A DNA stretch of 64,000 nt from sequence record MH675927.1, one strand, 5' to 3'. Position 1 is the first letter of the stretch, and each line of letters opens with the position of its first letter. Under the pieces are notes generated by a model that was given only the letters and a program-made list of their open reading frames with translations, searched no databases and had not been told where the DNA came from. The DNA is from Escherichia phage vB_vPM_PD114. Below are positions 18,685 through 28,313 of the stretch, piece by piece. The position numbers and the translations under genes were made by a program.

Positions 18685-19007
18685 CTCTCCTCAAAATCCA
18701 TAAGTATAAAGATATTAACTTTACCTTCTATATTATGTTCTACAACAAGATCTGCAAATTCTTTGTAGGCTTTTTCTTCTATTTGTTCAATGTGAGACGC
18801 TACATCTTTATATATAGCGTCACCATCTACTTTAACAAGGAGGAATAGAGATCTTACCTCAATCTCTTTATTTTTGCGGGGTAGAAAATCGACGGCTTCT
18901 TGTATACGCCAGCCGAGATACCCTGGAGTCCTTTGAATATCCTCCAAATGACTTTCTAAGATTTCCCTTCCTTTGTCTATTAAAGCCTGTTCTGTCGTTA
19001 TTTTCAT
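18681..19007 (-). CDS. hypothetical protein
   Basis: track ORF; SD taaggagaagggg. Confidence 0.55.
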   Translation of the reverse strand: MKITTEQALIDKGREILESHLEDIQRTPGYLGWRIQEAVDFLPRKNKEIEVRSLFLLVKVDGDAIYKDVASHIEQIEEKAYKEFADLVVEHNIEGKVNIFILMDFEES

Positions 19008-19017
19008 CCCCTTCTCC

Positions 19018-19590
19018 TTAATGTGTTAATGAAACTGCGTAACTAAACACAGGTTCAGATATTACATCGGCTACAGTAATAAAAACGTCCTCATCTTGCG
19101 TTGTTTCTACACGACATACAGTTACACCATTTACTACAAATTCAACGCAATGTGGAATATCTTCACAAACGAATGTAGTGTAAGTAACACCCAAAGCATC
19201 ATACAAAGATTTAACAGTATTTGCAAGTGCCGCAGTTTCTTCTTTTTCTGAGACAATGAATGCTGTAACAACAAGATTGTTTGCATAGTTTAGACTGTCC
19301 TCTATAGCCAATGATTTACAAGGTAGTAATGCAAAATATTTACCTGGTTTAATCAGACCTGCTTCCCATTGATTCAAAATTGCCTGGGATGGTTTAGTAA
19401 TATAAAACAGATTTTCACTTGGGTTATCAATATTACTTCTGGCGATACAACGTGAAGGATTATTAATATCGAACACATGATCAAAATCTACACAAACTGG
19501 TAAACTGAAAGGTGTAAATTTTTTACCTAATAATCCTACTGCTGACAATATGTTTGCTGTGCTTATCTTCCCGTTAAAAGCTAAACGCAT
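19018..19590 (-). CDS. hypothetical protein
   Basis: track ORF; SD aaaggag. Confidence 0.55.
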   Translation of the reverse strand: MRLAFNGKISTANILSAVGLLGKKFTPFSLPVCVDFDHVFDINNPSRCIARSNIDNPSENLFYITKPSQAILNQWEAGLIKPGKYFALLPCKSLAIEDSLNYANNLVVTAFIVSEKEETAALANTVKSLYDALGVTYTTFVCEDIPHCVEFVVNGVTVCRVETTQDEDVFITVADVISEPVFSYAVSLTH

Positions 19591-19601
19591 ATTTAACTCC
19601 T

Positions 19602-19805
19602 TTAACTAGCAACCGTAACTTCCGAACTTTCTTCTTTCGTACTGTCTACGATATGCCTGGTGGCAATATACGAGACTTGCCAGTTACCATCTGGTGTAGT
19701 CTCAATAAGTACCCTATCTACTTCGAGAAAATGCAAAAATTCAACCATCGCTCGCTTCGATAGGAATTGTTTTTTAACAGTCTCCTCAAAAGATTGAACT
19801 GCCAT
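19602..19805 (-). CDS. hypothetical protein
   Basis: track ORF; SD aaggagg. Confidence 0.55.
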   Translation of the reverse strand: MAVQSFEETVKKQFLSKRAMVEFLHFLEVDRVLIETTPDGNWQVSYIATRHIVDSTKEESSEVTVAS

Positions 19806-19814
19806 GTTTCCTCC

Positions 19815-20477
19815 TTATTTAATATTCAATTTTGCACAAAGACGTTGTACCGCTTTGGCATCGAACAAACTCCCACGAATAGTTCTCTTTCCTGATTCAT
19901 TCAGATGCTTTGCAATCGTCATATATGGCGTTTTACAAGCTCTGTATGCAACTAAAGAATCTTTTAAAGAAAGCGCAAACTCTTTTGAGCGTTTTGCTTC
20001 TTCCGTTTTCGTATAATCTGTTCTTTTGTATTTAGGGTTTGCTGCACCAAGAAGCGTTCCCTTCGCTTTTGCTACCTTAAGGCTCTTCTTAACACGATCA
20101 GATATTGCACGAGCCTCTTCTTCTGCCAGAACTGCTAAAATATTTATTATCATATTTTCAGCGGAGGGCATAGTTGCTATCCGTACATTAATCATCTCTA
20201 ACAAGGTTGCAACAGAAGCTGTGTTACGTCCAAGACGGTCAACCTTAGCAACAACAAGTGTAGCACCTGTTTCTTTGCAAAGATTAACAGCTTTTACAAG
20301 CTCTCTACGTTGCTTCCAATCGCCTTTACCAGAATAAAACTCTGCAAAGCTACCTACAATAGTATAGTTTTCTTGTGAATCCAGGAAGCGTTGGATATCT
20401 GCTTCCTGTGATTCTATACCATACTGGTTGCCTTGTTGTTTCTTCTTAGAAAGTCGATGATACAGTACAAACTTCAT
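19815..20477 (-). CDS. serine recombinase (resolvase/invertase family)
   Basis: N-terminal YHRLSKKKQ with candidate catalytic Ser, VVAKVDRLGR motif, C-terminal helix-turn-helix-like region. Confidence 0.7.
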   Translation of the reverse strand: MKFVLYHRLSKKKQQGNQYGIESQEADIQRFLDSQENYTIVGSFAEFYSGKGDWKQRRELVKAVNLCKETGATLVVAKVDRLGRNTASVATLLEMINVRIATMPSAENMIINILAVLAEEEARAISDRVKKSLKVAKAKGTLLGAANPKYKRTDYTKTEEAKRSKEFALSLKDSLVAYRACKTPYMTIAKHLNESGKRTIRGSLFDAKAVQRLCAKLNIK

Positions 20478-20534
20478 AATACCCTCCTGTTCTGTTGCAG
20501 GAAGTATGCACTACCTTAATGTTAAAGTCAACAG

Positions 20535-20738
20535 TTAAGTAGTGGTAATATCATCTTCTTGAATACCAGGGTCAACTTCTGCAAAGATAGCCTCTACAGG
20601 AATTTCTTCACCTGCTATTCTAGAAAGAAGCACTGAACCAATAGCTTTTGCGTGTTCTTCGGATTCCGCATAAACATTAGTTCCTGTGTCTTTTTTCTTA
20701 GTTTCGTTAAAATATACCAGATAGTAATTGTATGCCAT
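20535..20738 (-). CDS. hypothetical acidic protein
   Basis: track ORF. Confidence 0.45.
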   Translation of the reverse strand: MAYNYYLVYFNETKKKDTGTNVYAESEEHAKAIGSVLLSRIAGEEIPVEAIFAEVDPGIQEDDITTT

Positions 20739-20968
20739 TATTCATCCCAATCGTTGTTGCGAGCACTTTCAAGAACCTTGACAACTTCTGCATACTCTAC
20801 AGCTAAACCAGCACACACTTCAGCTTGTTTTGCAATTGCTTGCTTAAAGAACATAGCGATTGCAACACTCTGTGTTGTGTGAATGTTATCTGCTTTAGTT
20901 GATACATGAAGATCAAAATCTTCTTCATCAAAGGTGAGTTCCATAGTAACAATAAATTTCTCGGTCAT
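20738..20968 (-). CDS. hypothetical acidic protein
   Basis: track ORF 20738..20989 trimmed to ATG after aagaggag. Confidence 0.5.
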   Translation of the reverse strand: MTEKFIVTMELTFDEEDFDLHVSTKADNIHTTQSVAIAMFFKQAIAKQAEVCAGLAVEYAEVVKVLESARNNDWDE

Positions 20969-20981
20969 AAAAATGCTCCTC

Positions 20982-21491
20982 TTAAACAAAATAGAAAGGT
21001 TGAGTTAAACCCAGCCTGTTTTTTGGGTCGTAGACGTACCAAGCATATGCTGTCTTATCAGTACCACCTGCAACAAAAGATGGTCGTTCAGAAAGAACAA
21101 TCAAATTTGTTGGTGGGTTCTGTTTATGGAATTCCCTTCGTTTAATAGACTCTAGGAACCCAAGACGCAACAAGTATATGCAAACGTCTGCTTCTTTTAA
21201 GCTCTTTTGCAAGAACTCAAGTGCAAGTCTGAATGGTGGATTTGTGATTATAATATCCGGCTTAGTATGCCATTCGTGGTTAAAATAATCCTTCCCCTCT
21301 TCTAACTCACAATATTCTGATCCTTCTGGAAAATGTTGATAAATTGCAGCAGCAGCGCCTTTACACGGTTCTGCAAAAATAAAACCTTCTTCTTTAAGGT
21401 TATTAAAATCTATTACACTAAATAATGCATTTATACATTTTTGTGGAGTAGGATAGTAATCAGTTGGTGGACGATCATACTTATTTGCCAC
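20982..21491 (-). CDS. DNA N6-adenine methyltransferase (phage Dam-like)
   Basis: DYYPTP near N-terminus and catalytic IITNPPF (NPPF) motif; about 170 aa; GTG start. Confidence 0.65.
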   Translation of the reverse strand: MANKYDRPPTDYYPTPQKCINALFSVIDFNNLKEEGFIFAEPCKGAAAAIYQHFPEGSEYCELEEGKDYFNHEWHTKPDIIITNPPFRLALEFLQKSLKEADVCIYLLRLGFLESIKRREFHKQNPPTNLIVLSERPSFVAGGTDKTAYAWYVYDPKNRLGLTQPFYFV

Positions 21492-21909
21492 TACTTAAAA
21501 TCTCCTCTTTTGTGATTTCAGGGTTTTCTTCAAAAACCATAATATCTCTTAAGAACGTTAATTCTTCCATAGATACTGGTATTGTATCTTCTTCTGTTTT
21601 TCGTTTACATAAGTCGTCAAGAAAGTTTTTAACGCTTTCTGACACATCGTAAAATTTCAACCGTTGATAATCACAGGAGGAGATCCTATCTAGTTCTAAC
21701 ATTCTTTCTAAGATATTTTCTGTGTTGCCGTACAACACACGAACTTCTCCGAAAGGGTTGACTAAATATTGTGAAGTTCTGAACCATCCCTTTTTAGATA
21801 CAGTATAACGCTGTTCTGCTAAACTTTCAATAAAATTTTTAGCCCTTTTACAGTTTTGTTCTAAAGAGTAGTAGGCTTTTTCTACAAAGATTACAGGTAC
21901 TGGTAACAT
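21481..21909 (-). CDS. hypothetical protein
   Basis: track ORF; SD aggaggag. Confidence 0.55.
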   Translation of the reverse strand: MLPVPVIFVEKAYYSLEQNCKRAKNFIESLAEQRYTVSKKGWFRTSQYLVNPFGEVRVLYGNTENILERMLELDRISSCDYQRLKFYDVSESVKNFLDDLCKRKTEEDTIPVSMEELTFLRDIMVFEENPEITKEEILSSGK

Positions 21910-21948
21910 ATCTCCTCCTAATAACCCCGTGAGGGGGTTTATGTTAGA

Positions 21949-22602
21949 TTAATTATCAGAGGATACTTTATCAAGTTTTTCAGAGACTGTCAATACTTTT
22001 TCTTGTGATTCTTTCATTTCTGCTAAAATACTTTCAGCTTCATCACTATCAGGATCACCAGTCAACAGCATACTAATTAGTTGCTCCTTGCTGAAGTTCA
22101 GAATATCTTCCGCTGTTAGCTCCAGTTGTTCTTCGATCTCTTCAACAAAAGTTTCACCGCCTGAAAAAGCATCTCGTAGTTTTGCAACTTCCATCGCTTC
22201 TTCTGGGGTTGCCCCAGCGTCTAAAGCTGCTAAAGCAAAATCTGCCCCACTACCAACAGCATAGTAATCTTCAGTTAAAGGATATGCTCGCGTTGGATTA
22301 TTACCCTCGTGCATATAAATTTTACCGTCTGGGTGAACAACCAATGCCACAAACTCTTCATCTTCTTTATCAGGGTCTGATTGGATCACCAAACCTGGGA
22401 TTGTCTCTTGTGCTGCCTGGCACTGTAAGTTTTGTTCAAACCAAGAAAAGAAAGTCAGGATAGAAGACAGACGTCCTGCACCACCAACAAGGTAATCCCC
22501 AATTTTACGCACTTTCTTGAAATTTAAAGTGTCTACTCGATTACCTACTGTTACTTTACCGTCAGATAGAATTTTGTTATGTGTTGCAATAATTGTTGTC
22601 AT
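21949..22602 (-). CDS. HslV/proteasome beta-like Ntn-hydrolase peptidase
   Basis: N-terminal MTTIIA (Thr directly after initiator Met), GGAG and AVGSGA motifs as in HslV. Confidence 0.55.
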   Translation of the reverse strand: MTTIIATHNKILSDGKVTVGNRVDTLNFKKVRKIGDYLVGGAGRLSSILTFFSWFEQNLQCQAAQETIPGLVIQSDPDKEDEEFVALVVHPDGKIYMHEGNNPTRAYPLTEDYYAVGSGADFALAALDAGATPEEAMEVAKLRDAFSGGETFVEEIEEQLELTAEDILNFSKEQLISMLLTGDPDSDEAESILAEMKESQEKVLTVSEKLDKVSSDN

Positions 22603-23093
22603 TGTACTTCCTCCTGTAGTGTTTTAAGGACTGCTTTACCACCGCTTACATACTTACGTAGGTAATCAATAGCTCTTAGTGTTTCTTTATCCACAAGAAT
22701 TTTATTGGTTCTTGTTAGTGGATGATTTAGTAAATCACTGCAATTTCTTACTAACATAGATTTCTTGTGAAAGATACTGCTAAGAAAAAGAAGTTTAGAA
22801 TCTTCTTCATCAATCAGGAGTAATTCTGAATTAGACCCAGCTACATTTATTATACACTCAAACAAGCCTTCTTGACTATCAGATAATTCCTGGTAATATT
22901 TAGTTAGCCAATCCTCTCCTTTTAACCAACTAAAAAACATCTGAACTTTTTGCAAAGTTGTCATGTTCTCTAAACGAAGAGATATTTCTTTTTCAATCTT
23001 GTCAATATAAATCTGTCTAAACTCATTCGGCTTAACTAAGCCAGCTTGATAGCATTCATCAATACCATTGCGATCAATCTCAATTAGCGTCAT
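22599..23093 (-). CDS. hypothetical protein
   Basis: track ORF; SD tggagg. Confidence 0.55.
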   Translation of the reverse strand: MTLIEIDRNGIDECYQAGLVKPNEFRQIYIDKIEKEISLRLENMTTLQKVQMFFSWLKGEDWLTKYYQELSDSQEGLFECIINVAGSNSELLLIDEEDSKLLFLSSIFHKKSMLVRNCSDLLNHPLTRTNKILVDKETLRAIDYLRKYVSGGKAVLKTLQEEVQ

Positions 23094-23129
23094 TTAACCT
23101 CCATAATAGGCATCCTTGCCTTGTAATTA

Positions 23130-23882
23130 TTAATATACTTCCGTGATGAACTGAGACAAACGGGAACGTTGGTTATCAGCAGTTGTCATTTCAACATAAC
23201 CAATAAAATCTACAATAGCTTCCCTTTCTCCTTCTTCGTTAATAGGAACAACACGATCTAACAAATCACCTAACCCGTTAGCTCTTCGTTTAATTGCATA
23301 TGTTTGATTAACATCGCCCATAATGACAATACGTGTATTAAGACCTGCTCGCTCAAGGAGAAGTTTTACTGTGTTTGGTGACATAAGTTGAACTTCATCA
23401 ATAAGAATAATGCTGTTATCCCACGTAGCACCTAGTGCATAGTTCGGAATATTAAGTTCAATTTTGCCACTTGCAATATCGTTTTCCAATTTATTTGCAG
23501 TCATAAACTGTTGGAAAATTCGTTTAGTTGATTCGTAGTGTGCTGCTAGTTTATCAGTCTTATCTCCAGATAAGAAACCGATTTGGTCATCACCTACTTC
23601 TGTCGGGTTTTTAAGGAAAATCAACTTTCTGAAGTCACCAGCTTTAAGCATTTGTAATGCTTTCCATAGTGCTGTTGTCGTTTTTCCTGTTCCTGCTGGG
23701 GCATTAACAATGGTTAAATCATTCCAAACCATGCTTCTTACAATAGCTTCTTGATTCCCAACAGGGGTAAATTCATCAAGACGGTAATCATCATTTCCTA
23801 CTGCTTTAGCCGCATAACGACTGGCACGTTTGTCATCATTGGCTGCTGATTGACGACGAGCCTTTGCGGTTTTATTTCCCAT
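23130..23882 (-). CDS. phoH: PhoH-like ATPase
   Basis: Walker A APAGTGKTT, Walker B ILIDEVQ. Confidence 0.8.
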   Translation of the reverse strand: MGNKTAKARRQSAANDDKRASRYAAKAVGNDDYRLDEFTPVGNQEAIVRSMVWNDLTIVNAPAGTGKTTTALWKALQMLKAGDFRKLIFLKNPTEVGDDQIGFLSGDKTDKLAAHYESTKRIFQQFMTANKLENDIASGKIELNIPNYALGATWDNSIILIDEVQLMSPNTVKLLLERAGLNTRIVIMGDVNQTYAIKRRANGLGDLLDRVVPINEEGEREAIVDFIGYVEMTTADNQRSRLSQFITEVY

Positions 23883-23892
23883 GTTTGCACTC

Positions 23893-23918
23893 CTTATAAA
23901 AGGGGCTTTCGCCCCTTT
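23893..23918 (-). terminator. rho-independent terminator after lysozyme gene
   Basis: aaaggggcTTTCgcccctt hairpin with T-run on - strand. Confidence 0.5.
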
Positions 23919-23920
23919 GT

Positions 23921-24421
23921 TTAGTTATAAGCGTCTAATGTTCCAGTTTTAAGCACCTGAATTACACGCTCTGCGCGATTAGGCGTTTGGCGATACCATT
24001 TACTTTTACGTAAATTTATAGAGGCTTGAGTATAATATGAATTACTCACTAAAGTCAAGCTATTTTTGAAAGATTCTGCACCTTTCAATCCCATTTGAAA
24101 TACCATATTGATAATAGCCATTTTACGATTAGGACTTACTTTATCGTAAATAGGAGATAATATGGTACTTGAATGGATTTGTTGTATCGCTTTCTTTACG
24201 TCACCCTCAAAGATTTTTCTAGCTTCCGCTTCAGTAATAACCCCATTAGTTTTTCTACCTACTAAGTTATCAAGAATGCGTATAGCTTCTGATTTATCTT
24301 TAAGTTTTGTCAGAAGGTGTCCAATACCAACCGTCCAATACCCTTCGGTATCAGTATATACAGTTAGCTTTAGTCCTTCATCAAAACGTAACATATCAAA
24401 CACATCAACTACTTTAGCCAT
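23921..24421 (-). CDS. endolysin, T4 e-type lysozyme (GH24)
   Basis: DEGLKLTVYTDTEGYWTVGIGHLLTK catalytic region and INMVFQMG, WYRQTPNRA blocks matching T4 lysozyme. Confidence 0.85.
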   Translation of the reverse strand: MAKVVDVFDMLRFDEGLKLTVYTDTEGYWTVGIGHLLTKLKDKSEAIRILDNLVGRKTNGVITEAEARKIFEGDVKKAIQQIHSSTILSPIYDKVSPNRKMAIINMVFQMGLKGAESFKNSLTLVSNSYYTQASINLRKSKWYRQTPNRAERVIQVLKTGTLDAYN

Positions 24422-24433
24422 GTTTTCCTTATA

Positions 24434-24577
24434 TTAGTCGCCCTCCCCATGATCTAGCTCTTGAAACAGTAGGTGTTCAGGAGACATTTCACGTTTAGGC
24501 TTCGTCTTTTTAGTTTGGGACTTAAGCTCTGTTGCCAAAGCACGAGAAAAGATCTTACGTTTCTGTTTACCTTTCAT
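24434..24577 (-). CDS. small basic protein (47 aa)
   Basis: ATG after SD ggagtaac; fills gap between glutaredoxin and lysozyme. Confidence 0.3.
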   Translation of the reverse strand: MKGKQKRKIFSRALATELKSQTKKTKPKREMSPEHLLFQELDHGEGD

Positions 24578-24581
24578 ATTG

Positions 24582-24848
24582 TTACTCCGCAATCTGAGCC
24601 ATGAATTCACGTAGTTCAGAAAAACCTCCTACGTGGGTTAGCTGTTCACCATCTTCCACAAAAATCTGAGGGAATGTGCGTGGTAGAACACCTGTTTTCT
24701 CTAAAACCAGATTCTGAATCTGATCTAAAGAATAGTCTTCATCTAAGGTAAGATATTTAAAATCCTGTTCACGCTGTTCCAGTAGAATCTTAGCGTTAGT
24801 GCAGAAAGGACAATTTGGTTTACCGTAGATAATAAAATTCATTTTCAC
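24582..24848 (-). CDS. glutaredoxin/NrdH-like redoxin
   Basis: CPFC active site near N-terminus, about 88 aa; SD aaggag. Confidence 0.75.
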   Translation of the reverse strand: MKMNFIIYGKPNCPFCTNAKILLEQREQDFKYLTLDEDYSLDQIQNLVLEKTGVLPRTFPQIFVEDGEQLTHVGGFSELREFMAQIAE

Positions 24849-25675
24849 TCCTTGTTTAAAAGTATAGTTAAAGTTCTTACAATACCGCTATCAACACTTC
24901 GCGGATTTAAAGTAGGATCTGTTTTTAAATAAGATGTTGCTGGTCTGACTGCTTTAGAATTATAGGTTGAAGCAGATACAGGATTAACTGTAACAGATAA
25001 ATCTATAACAAGAAATATCTTACGTGCAAAATCATACCAAGAAATATAATCTGCACCTGCATAGTGTACAATTTTACTATTTACACCATCTTTTACAAGT
25101 TTAAAAATTGTTTCTGCCAGATCAGGTGCATAAGTAGGACATGATAAATGATCACATACTACATTAAATTCTTTTTGACCACCGTTGTAGCGTTCCAACA
25201 TAGTTTTCAAAAAGTTATGTCCAAATTCACTATAAACAGAAGCTGTTCTGATAATAAGTGCTGTAGGACAAACTGTTTGTACTAAAGTTTCACCTAATTG
25301 TTTACTGTAACCATAGGTGTTCAAGGGGTTTGTTTTACTATCTTCTGTGCCAGCGACATGCCCATCAAAAACATAGTCTGTTGAAATATGTACAAACTGT
25401 ATCAGTAAATCATTACATGCTTTGGCAATGTTTGTTGCACCGTATGCATTAACATTTATACAGGTGTTAACATCTTCTTCAGCTTTATCTACTGCCGTGT
25501 AAGCCGCACAATTCACAACAACATCAGGCACATGCTGTACAAGACTATTCATAACATCTTTAAAGTTGGTAATGTCTACATCACTTGCTTCAATCAAAAT
25601 AACATCTTCGGGCGCAACTTTTGCCAAAGACTGTCCTAATTGACCTTTTGAACCAAAGATTAAAAATTTTGTCAA
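24845..25675 (-). CDS. rmlD: dTDP-4-dehydrorhamnose reductase
   Basis: N-terminal Rossmann FGSKGQLG; RmlD-like length; non-ATG start per track with SD aaggagatc. Confidence 0.7.
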   Translation of the reverse strand: MTKFLIFGSKGQLGQSLAKVAPEDVILIEASDVDITNFKDVMNSLVQHVPDVVVNCAAYTAVDKAEEDVNTCINVNAYGATNIAKACNDLLIQFVHISTDYVFDGHVAGTEDSKTNPLNTYGYSKQLGETLVQTVCPTALIIRTASVYSEFGHNFLKTMLERYNGGQKEFNVVCDHLSCPTYAPDLAETIFKLVKDGVNSKIVHYAGADYISWYDFARKIFLVIDLSVTVNPVSASTYNSKAVRPATSYLKTDPTLNPRSVDSGIVRTLTILLNKE

Positions 25676-26226
25676 AATATGATCTCCTTTAGTGTTTTGG
25701 CTTGCTGATCTTTTTGTGACAAGATAGGTTTAAAATTAATATCATTAAAGATTAAATCAAAACCCCAGTCTATATTGATATCTGGATCATTCCACGCAAG
25801 ACTACACTCTGAAGTCGGATCGTAATATTCTGTACATTTATATTCAAAATCAGCAATGTCGCTAATCACAACAAAGCCATGAGCGAAACCAGGAGGAATC
25901 CAAAATTGTGTTTTATTCTTTTCAGATAAGAGAACACCTACCCATTCTCCAAATGTTGGACTACCAACCCTAATATCTACAGCAACATCATAAACTTCAC
26001 CACGAACACAACGTACTAACTTCCCTTGTGGGTTTTTCTTTTGAAAATGAAGCCCACGTAGAACTCCTCGAATAGAACGTGAGTGGTTATCCTGGACAAA
26101 GTTTTGTTTACCTATGTATTGATCATATAAAGCCTGATTAAAACTTTCTAAGAAAAAGCCACGTTCATCTCCGTAAACGTCAGGTTGAATGATCAACAAA
26201 TCTTCGATTTTTGTTGCTTGAATCAT
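25672..26226 (-). CDS. rmlC: dTDP-4-dehydrorhamnose 3,5-epimerase
   Basis: DERGFFLE and cupin-type RmlC blocks; 184 aa. Confidence 0.75.
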   Translation of the reverse strand: MIQATKIEDLLIIQPDVYGDERGFFLESFNQALYDQYIGKQNFVQDNHSRSIRGVLRGLHFQKKNPQGKLVRCVRGEVYDVAVDIRVGSPTFGEWVGVLLSEKNKTQFWIPPGFAHGFVVISDIADFEYKCTEYYDPTSECSLAWNDPDINIDWGFDLIFNDINFKPILSQKDQQAKTLKEIIF

Positions 26227-26238
26227 TTAATTCCCCCT

Positions 26239-27108
26239 TTATTTTAATTTAAGTAAATACTTACCGTAGTCTGTTTTACTTAAAACCTCTCCAGAACTTT
26301 TTACAGAGTCTAAAGTAATCCATTCATTTTTAAAAGCAATCTCTTCTAGGCATGCAACCTTCATACCTTGTTGCTTTTCTATCGCATGAACAAATTGAGA
26401 TGCTTCCATAAGACTTTCATGTGTTCCTGTATCCAGCCAAGTGAAACCTCTTCCTAGTTTACAGACACGTAAAGTCTTTTCTTTCCAGTACATCTCATTT
26501 ATATCTGTAATCTCTAACTCCCCTCTAGCAGAAGGTTTAACGCTCTTAGCTTTCTGTATAACAGAATTATCGTAAAAGTACAAGCCTGTGATTGCGTAGT
26601 TGCTTTTTGGTGCTTTTGGTTTTTCTTCAATACTCACCACTGTACCTTCAGAATCAAACTCAACAACACCAAATCTTTCAGGATCATTTACGTGATACCC
26701 AAAAATATTAGCTCCACCATTCTTTTCAATATGTTCTTTAGCAGAATCTAAAATGCTACCAAAACTCTGACCAAAGAATAAATTATCACCTAGCACAAGT
26801 GCTACAGAATCTTCACCAATAAAGTTCTCACCAATAATAAATGCTTCTGCTAAACCTTTTGGGCTGTTCTGTACTGCATACTGTAGGGAAATACCAAAAG
26901 AAGAACCATCACCTAAAAGATTTACAAAATTAATTTGATCTTCTGGTGTTGTAATTATTAGTATTTCCCTAATTCCAGAAAGCATTAGGACAGAGAGTGG
27001 ATAATAAATCATAGGCTTATCGTAAATTGGTAATAGTTGTTTACTAACCCCTTTAGTAACTGGGTAAAGTCTTGTTCCGCTACCACCTGCTAAGATAATA
27101 CCTTTCAT
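26239..27108 (-). CDS. rmlA: glucose-1-phosphate thymidylyltransferase
   Basis: [38 protein letters not shown]; high similarity to enterobacterial RmlA as recalled. Confidence 0.85.
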   Translation of the reverse strand: MKGIILAGGSGTRLYPVTKGVSKQLLPIYDKPMIYYPLSVLMLSGIREILIITTPEDQINFVNLLGDGSSFGISLQYAVQNSPKGLAEAFIIGENFIGEDSVALVLGDNLFFGQSFGSILDSAKEHIEKNGGANIFGYHVNDPERFGVVEFDSEGTVVSIEEKPKAPKSNYAITGLYFYDNSVIQKAKSVKPSARGELEITDINEMYWKEKTLRVCKLGRGFTWLDTGTHESLMEASQFVHAIEKQQGMKVACLEEIAFKNEWITLDSVKSSGEVLSKTDYGKYLLKLK

Positions 27109-27116
27109 ACTCCTCC

Positions 27117-28106
27117 TTAAACTTTATTTTCCCACCACTCTTTGTTATCTACATACCAATCAATGGTTGAATAAAGTTTTTCTTCAAATGTGCCTTTAGC
27201 TTTCCACCCTAATTCCTTTTCGATCTTATAAGGATTCACTTCATATCTCAGATCATGCCCAGGTCTATCTGTAACCATCTCAATTAGGCTACAAGCATCT
27301 GTTTCAGATGGATACACCGCATCCATATAATCACAAATCATATAGATTACATCAATATTAGTTCTAGGGTTTCTGCTTCCAATATTATATGTCTCTCCAG
27401 ATTTGCCTTTAGTTACTACTAGGTGTAATGCTTCTGCGTGATCGTCAACGTATAACCAGTCTCTTACTTGAAGACCATTGCCATAAACAGGGATTGGTTT
27501 ATTCATCAAGATATTTGTTATCGTTTTAGGTATTAGTTTTTCTGGATGATGATATGCTCCAAAATTATTTGAACAATTTGTTATAACTGTCGGAATACCA
27601 TAAGTACGATGCCACGCTCTTACCAAATGATCGCTTGCTGCCTTAGATGCAGCATATGGACTACTTGGCTTATAAGGATTCTGTTCTGTAAACGGATAAT
27701 CCCCTTCTTCCATATCACCATATACTTCATCTGTTGAAATATGATGGAACATTTTAAGATTTGATTTATCTCCCATTAAACGAACAGCTTCTAGGAGATT
27801 AAATGTCCCAACAATATTTGAATTTATAAAAACACTCGGTGATGCTATTGAATTATCTACGTGACTTTCTGCTGCAAGATGCATTATATAATCTGGATTA
27901 ACATCTGCCACAATCTTAGCAGTTAACTGCGCATTTGTCAAGTCAACACGACAAAACTTTACATTGGGTGTTTCTGATAAATTTCTAGGGTCTGAAGCGT
28001 AACCCCATTTATCTATAACGTAAATATCATTTTTAGTATTTTTAGCCAGGAAACGAACTACCGCACTTCCAATAAAGCCTAAACCACCTGTTACTAAGTA
28101 TTTCAT
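27117..28106 (-). CDS. rmlB: dTDP-glucose 4,6-dehydratase
   Basis: TGGLGFIGS Rossmann, [20 protein letters not shown] (YxxxK) SDR motifs. Confidence 0.8.
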   Translation of the reverse strand: MKYLVTGGLGFIGSAVVRFLAKNTKNDIYVIDKWGYASDPRNLSETPNVKFCRVDLTNAQLTAKIVADVNPDYIMHLAAESHVDNSIASPSVFINSNIVGTFNLLEAVRLMGDKSNLKMFHHISTDEVYGDMEEGDYPFTEQNPYKPSSPYAASKAASDHLVRAWHRTYGIPTVITNCSNNFGAYHHPEKLIPKTITNILMNKPIPVYGNGLQVRDWLYVDDHAEALHLVVTKGKSGETYNIGSRNPRTNIDVIYMICDYMDAVYPSETDACSLIEMVTDRPGHDLRYEVNPYKIEKELGWKAKGTFEEKLYSTIDWYVDNKEWWENKV

Positions 28107-28300
28107 TTAGTCTCCTTCCAATTATTCCCTTCAGTAAAAATAATACCTTCATAAAACAACCATCTGGAACCTTTTTCAACAGGAACAGGAAGCTCTTCTT
28201 CAGTAAAGTTATAAACCTCTTTAGCATCTTCTAAAAGTGATGCAAATGTTTTTGGACTTACTGTTACGCGAGGAGCATTGATCAGTTGATCTAGCATCAT
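28103..28300 (-). CDS. hypothetical protein
   Basis: track ORF 28103..28393 trimmed to internal ATG after aaggagg to remove overlap. Confidence 0.45.
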   Translation of the reverse strand: MMLDQLINAPRVTVSPKTFASLLEDAKEVYNFTEEELPVPVEKGSRWLFYEGIIFTEGNNWKETK

Positions 28301-28313
28301 TCTACTATCCTCC

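Noticed and set aside
19815-20477. Interpreting the serine recombinase as evidence of a temperate prophage or integrative element
   Set aside because: No integrase-type attachment repeats, repressor or excisionase were seen and the surrounding genes are typical of virulent phages; the recombinase is kept as a gene call only.
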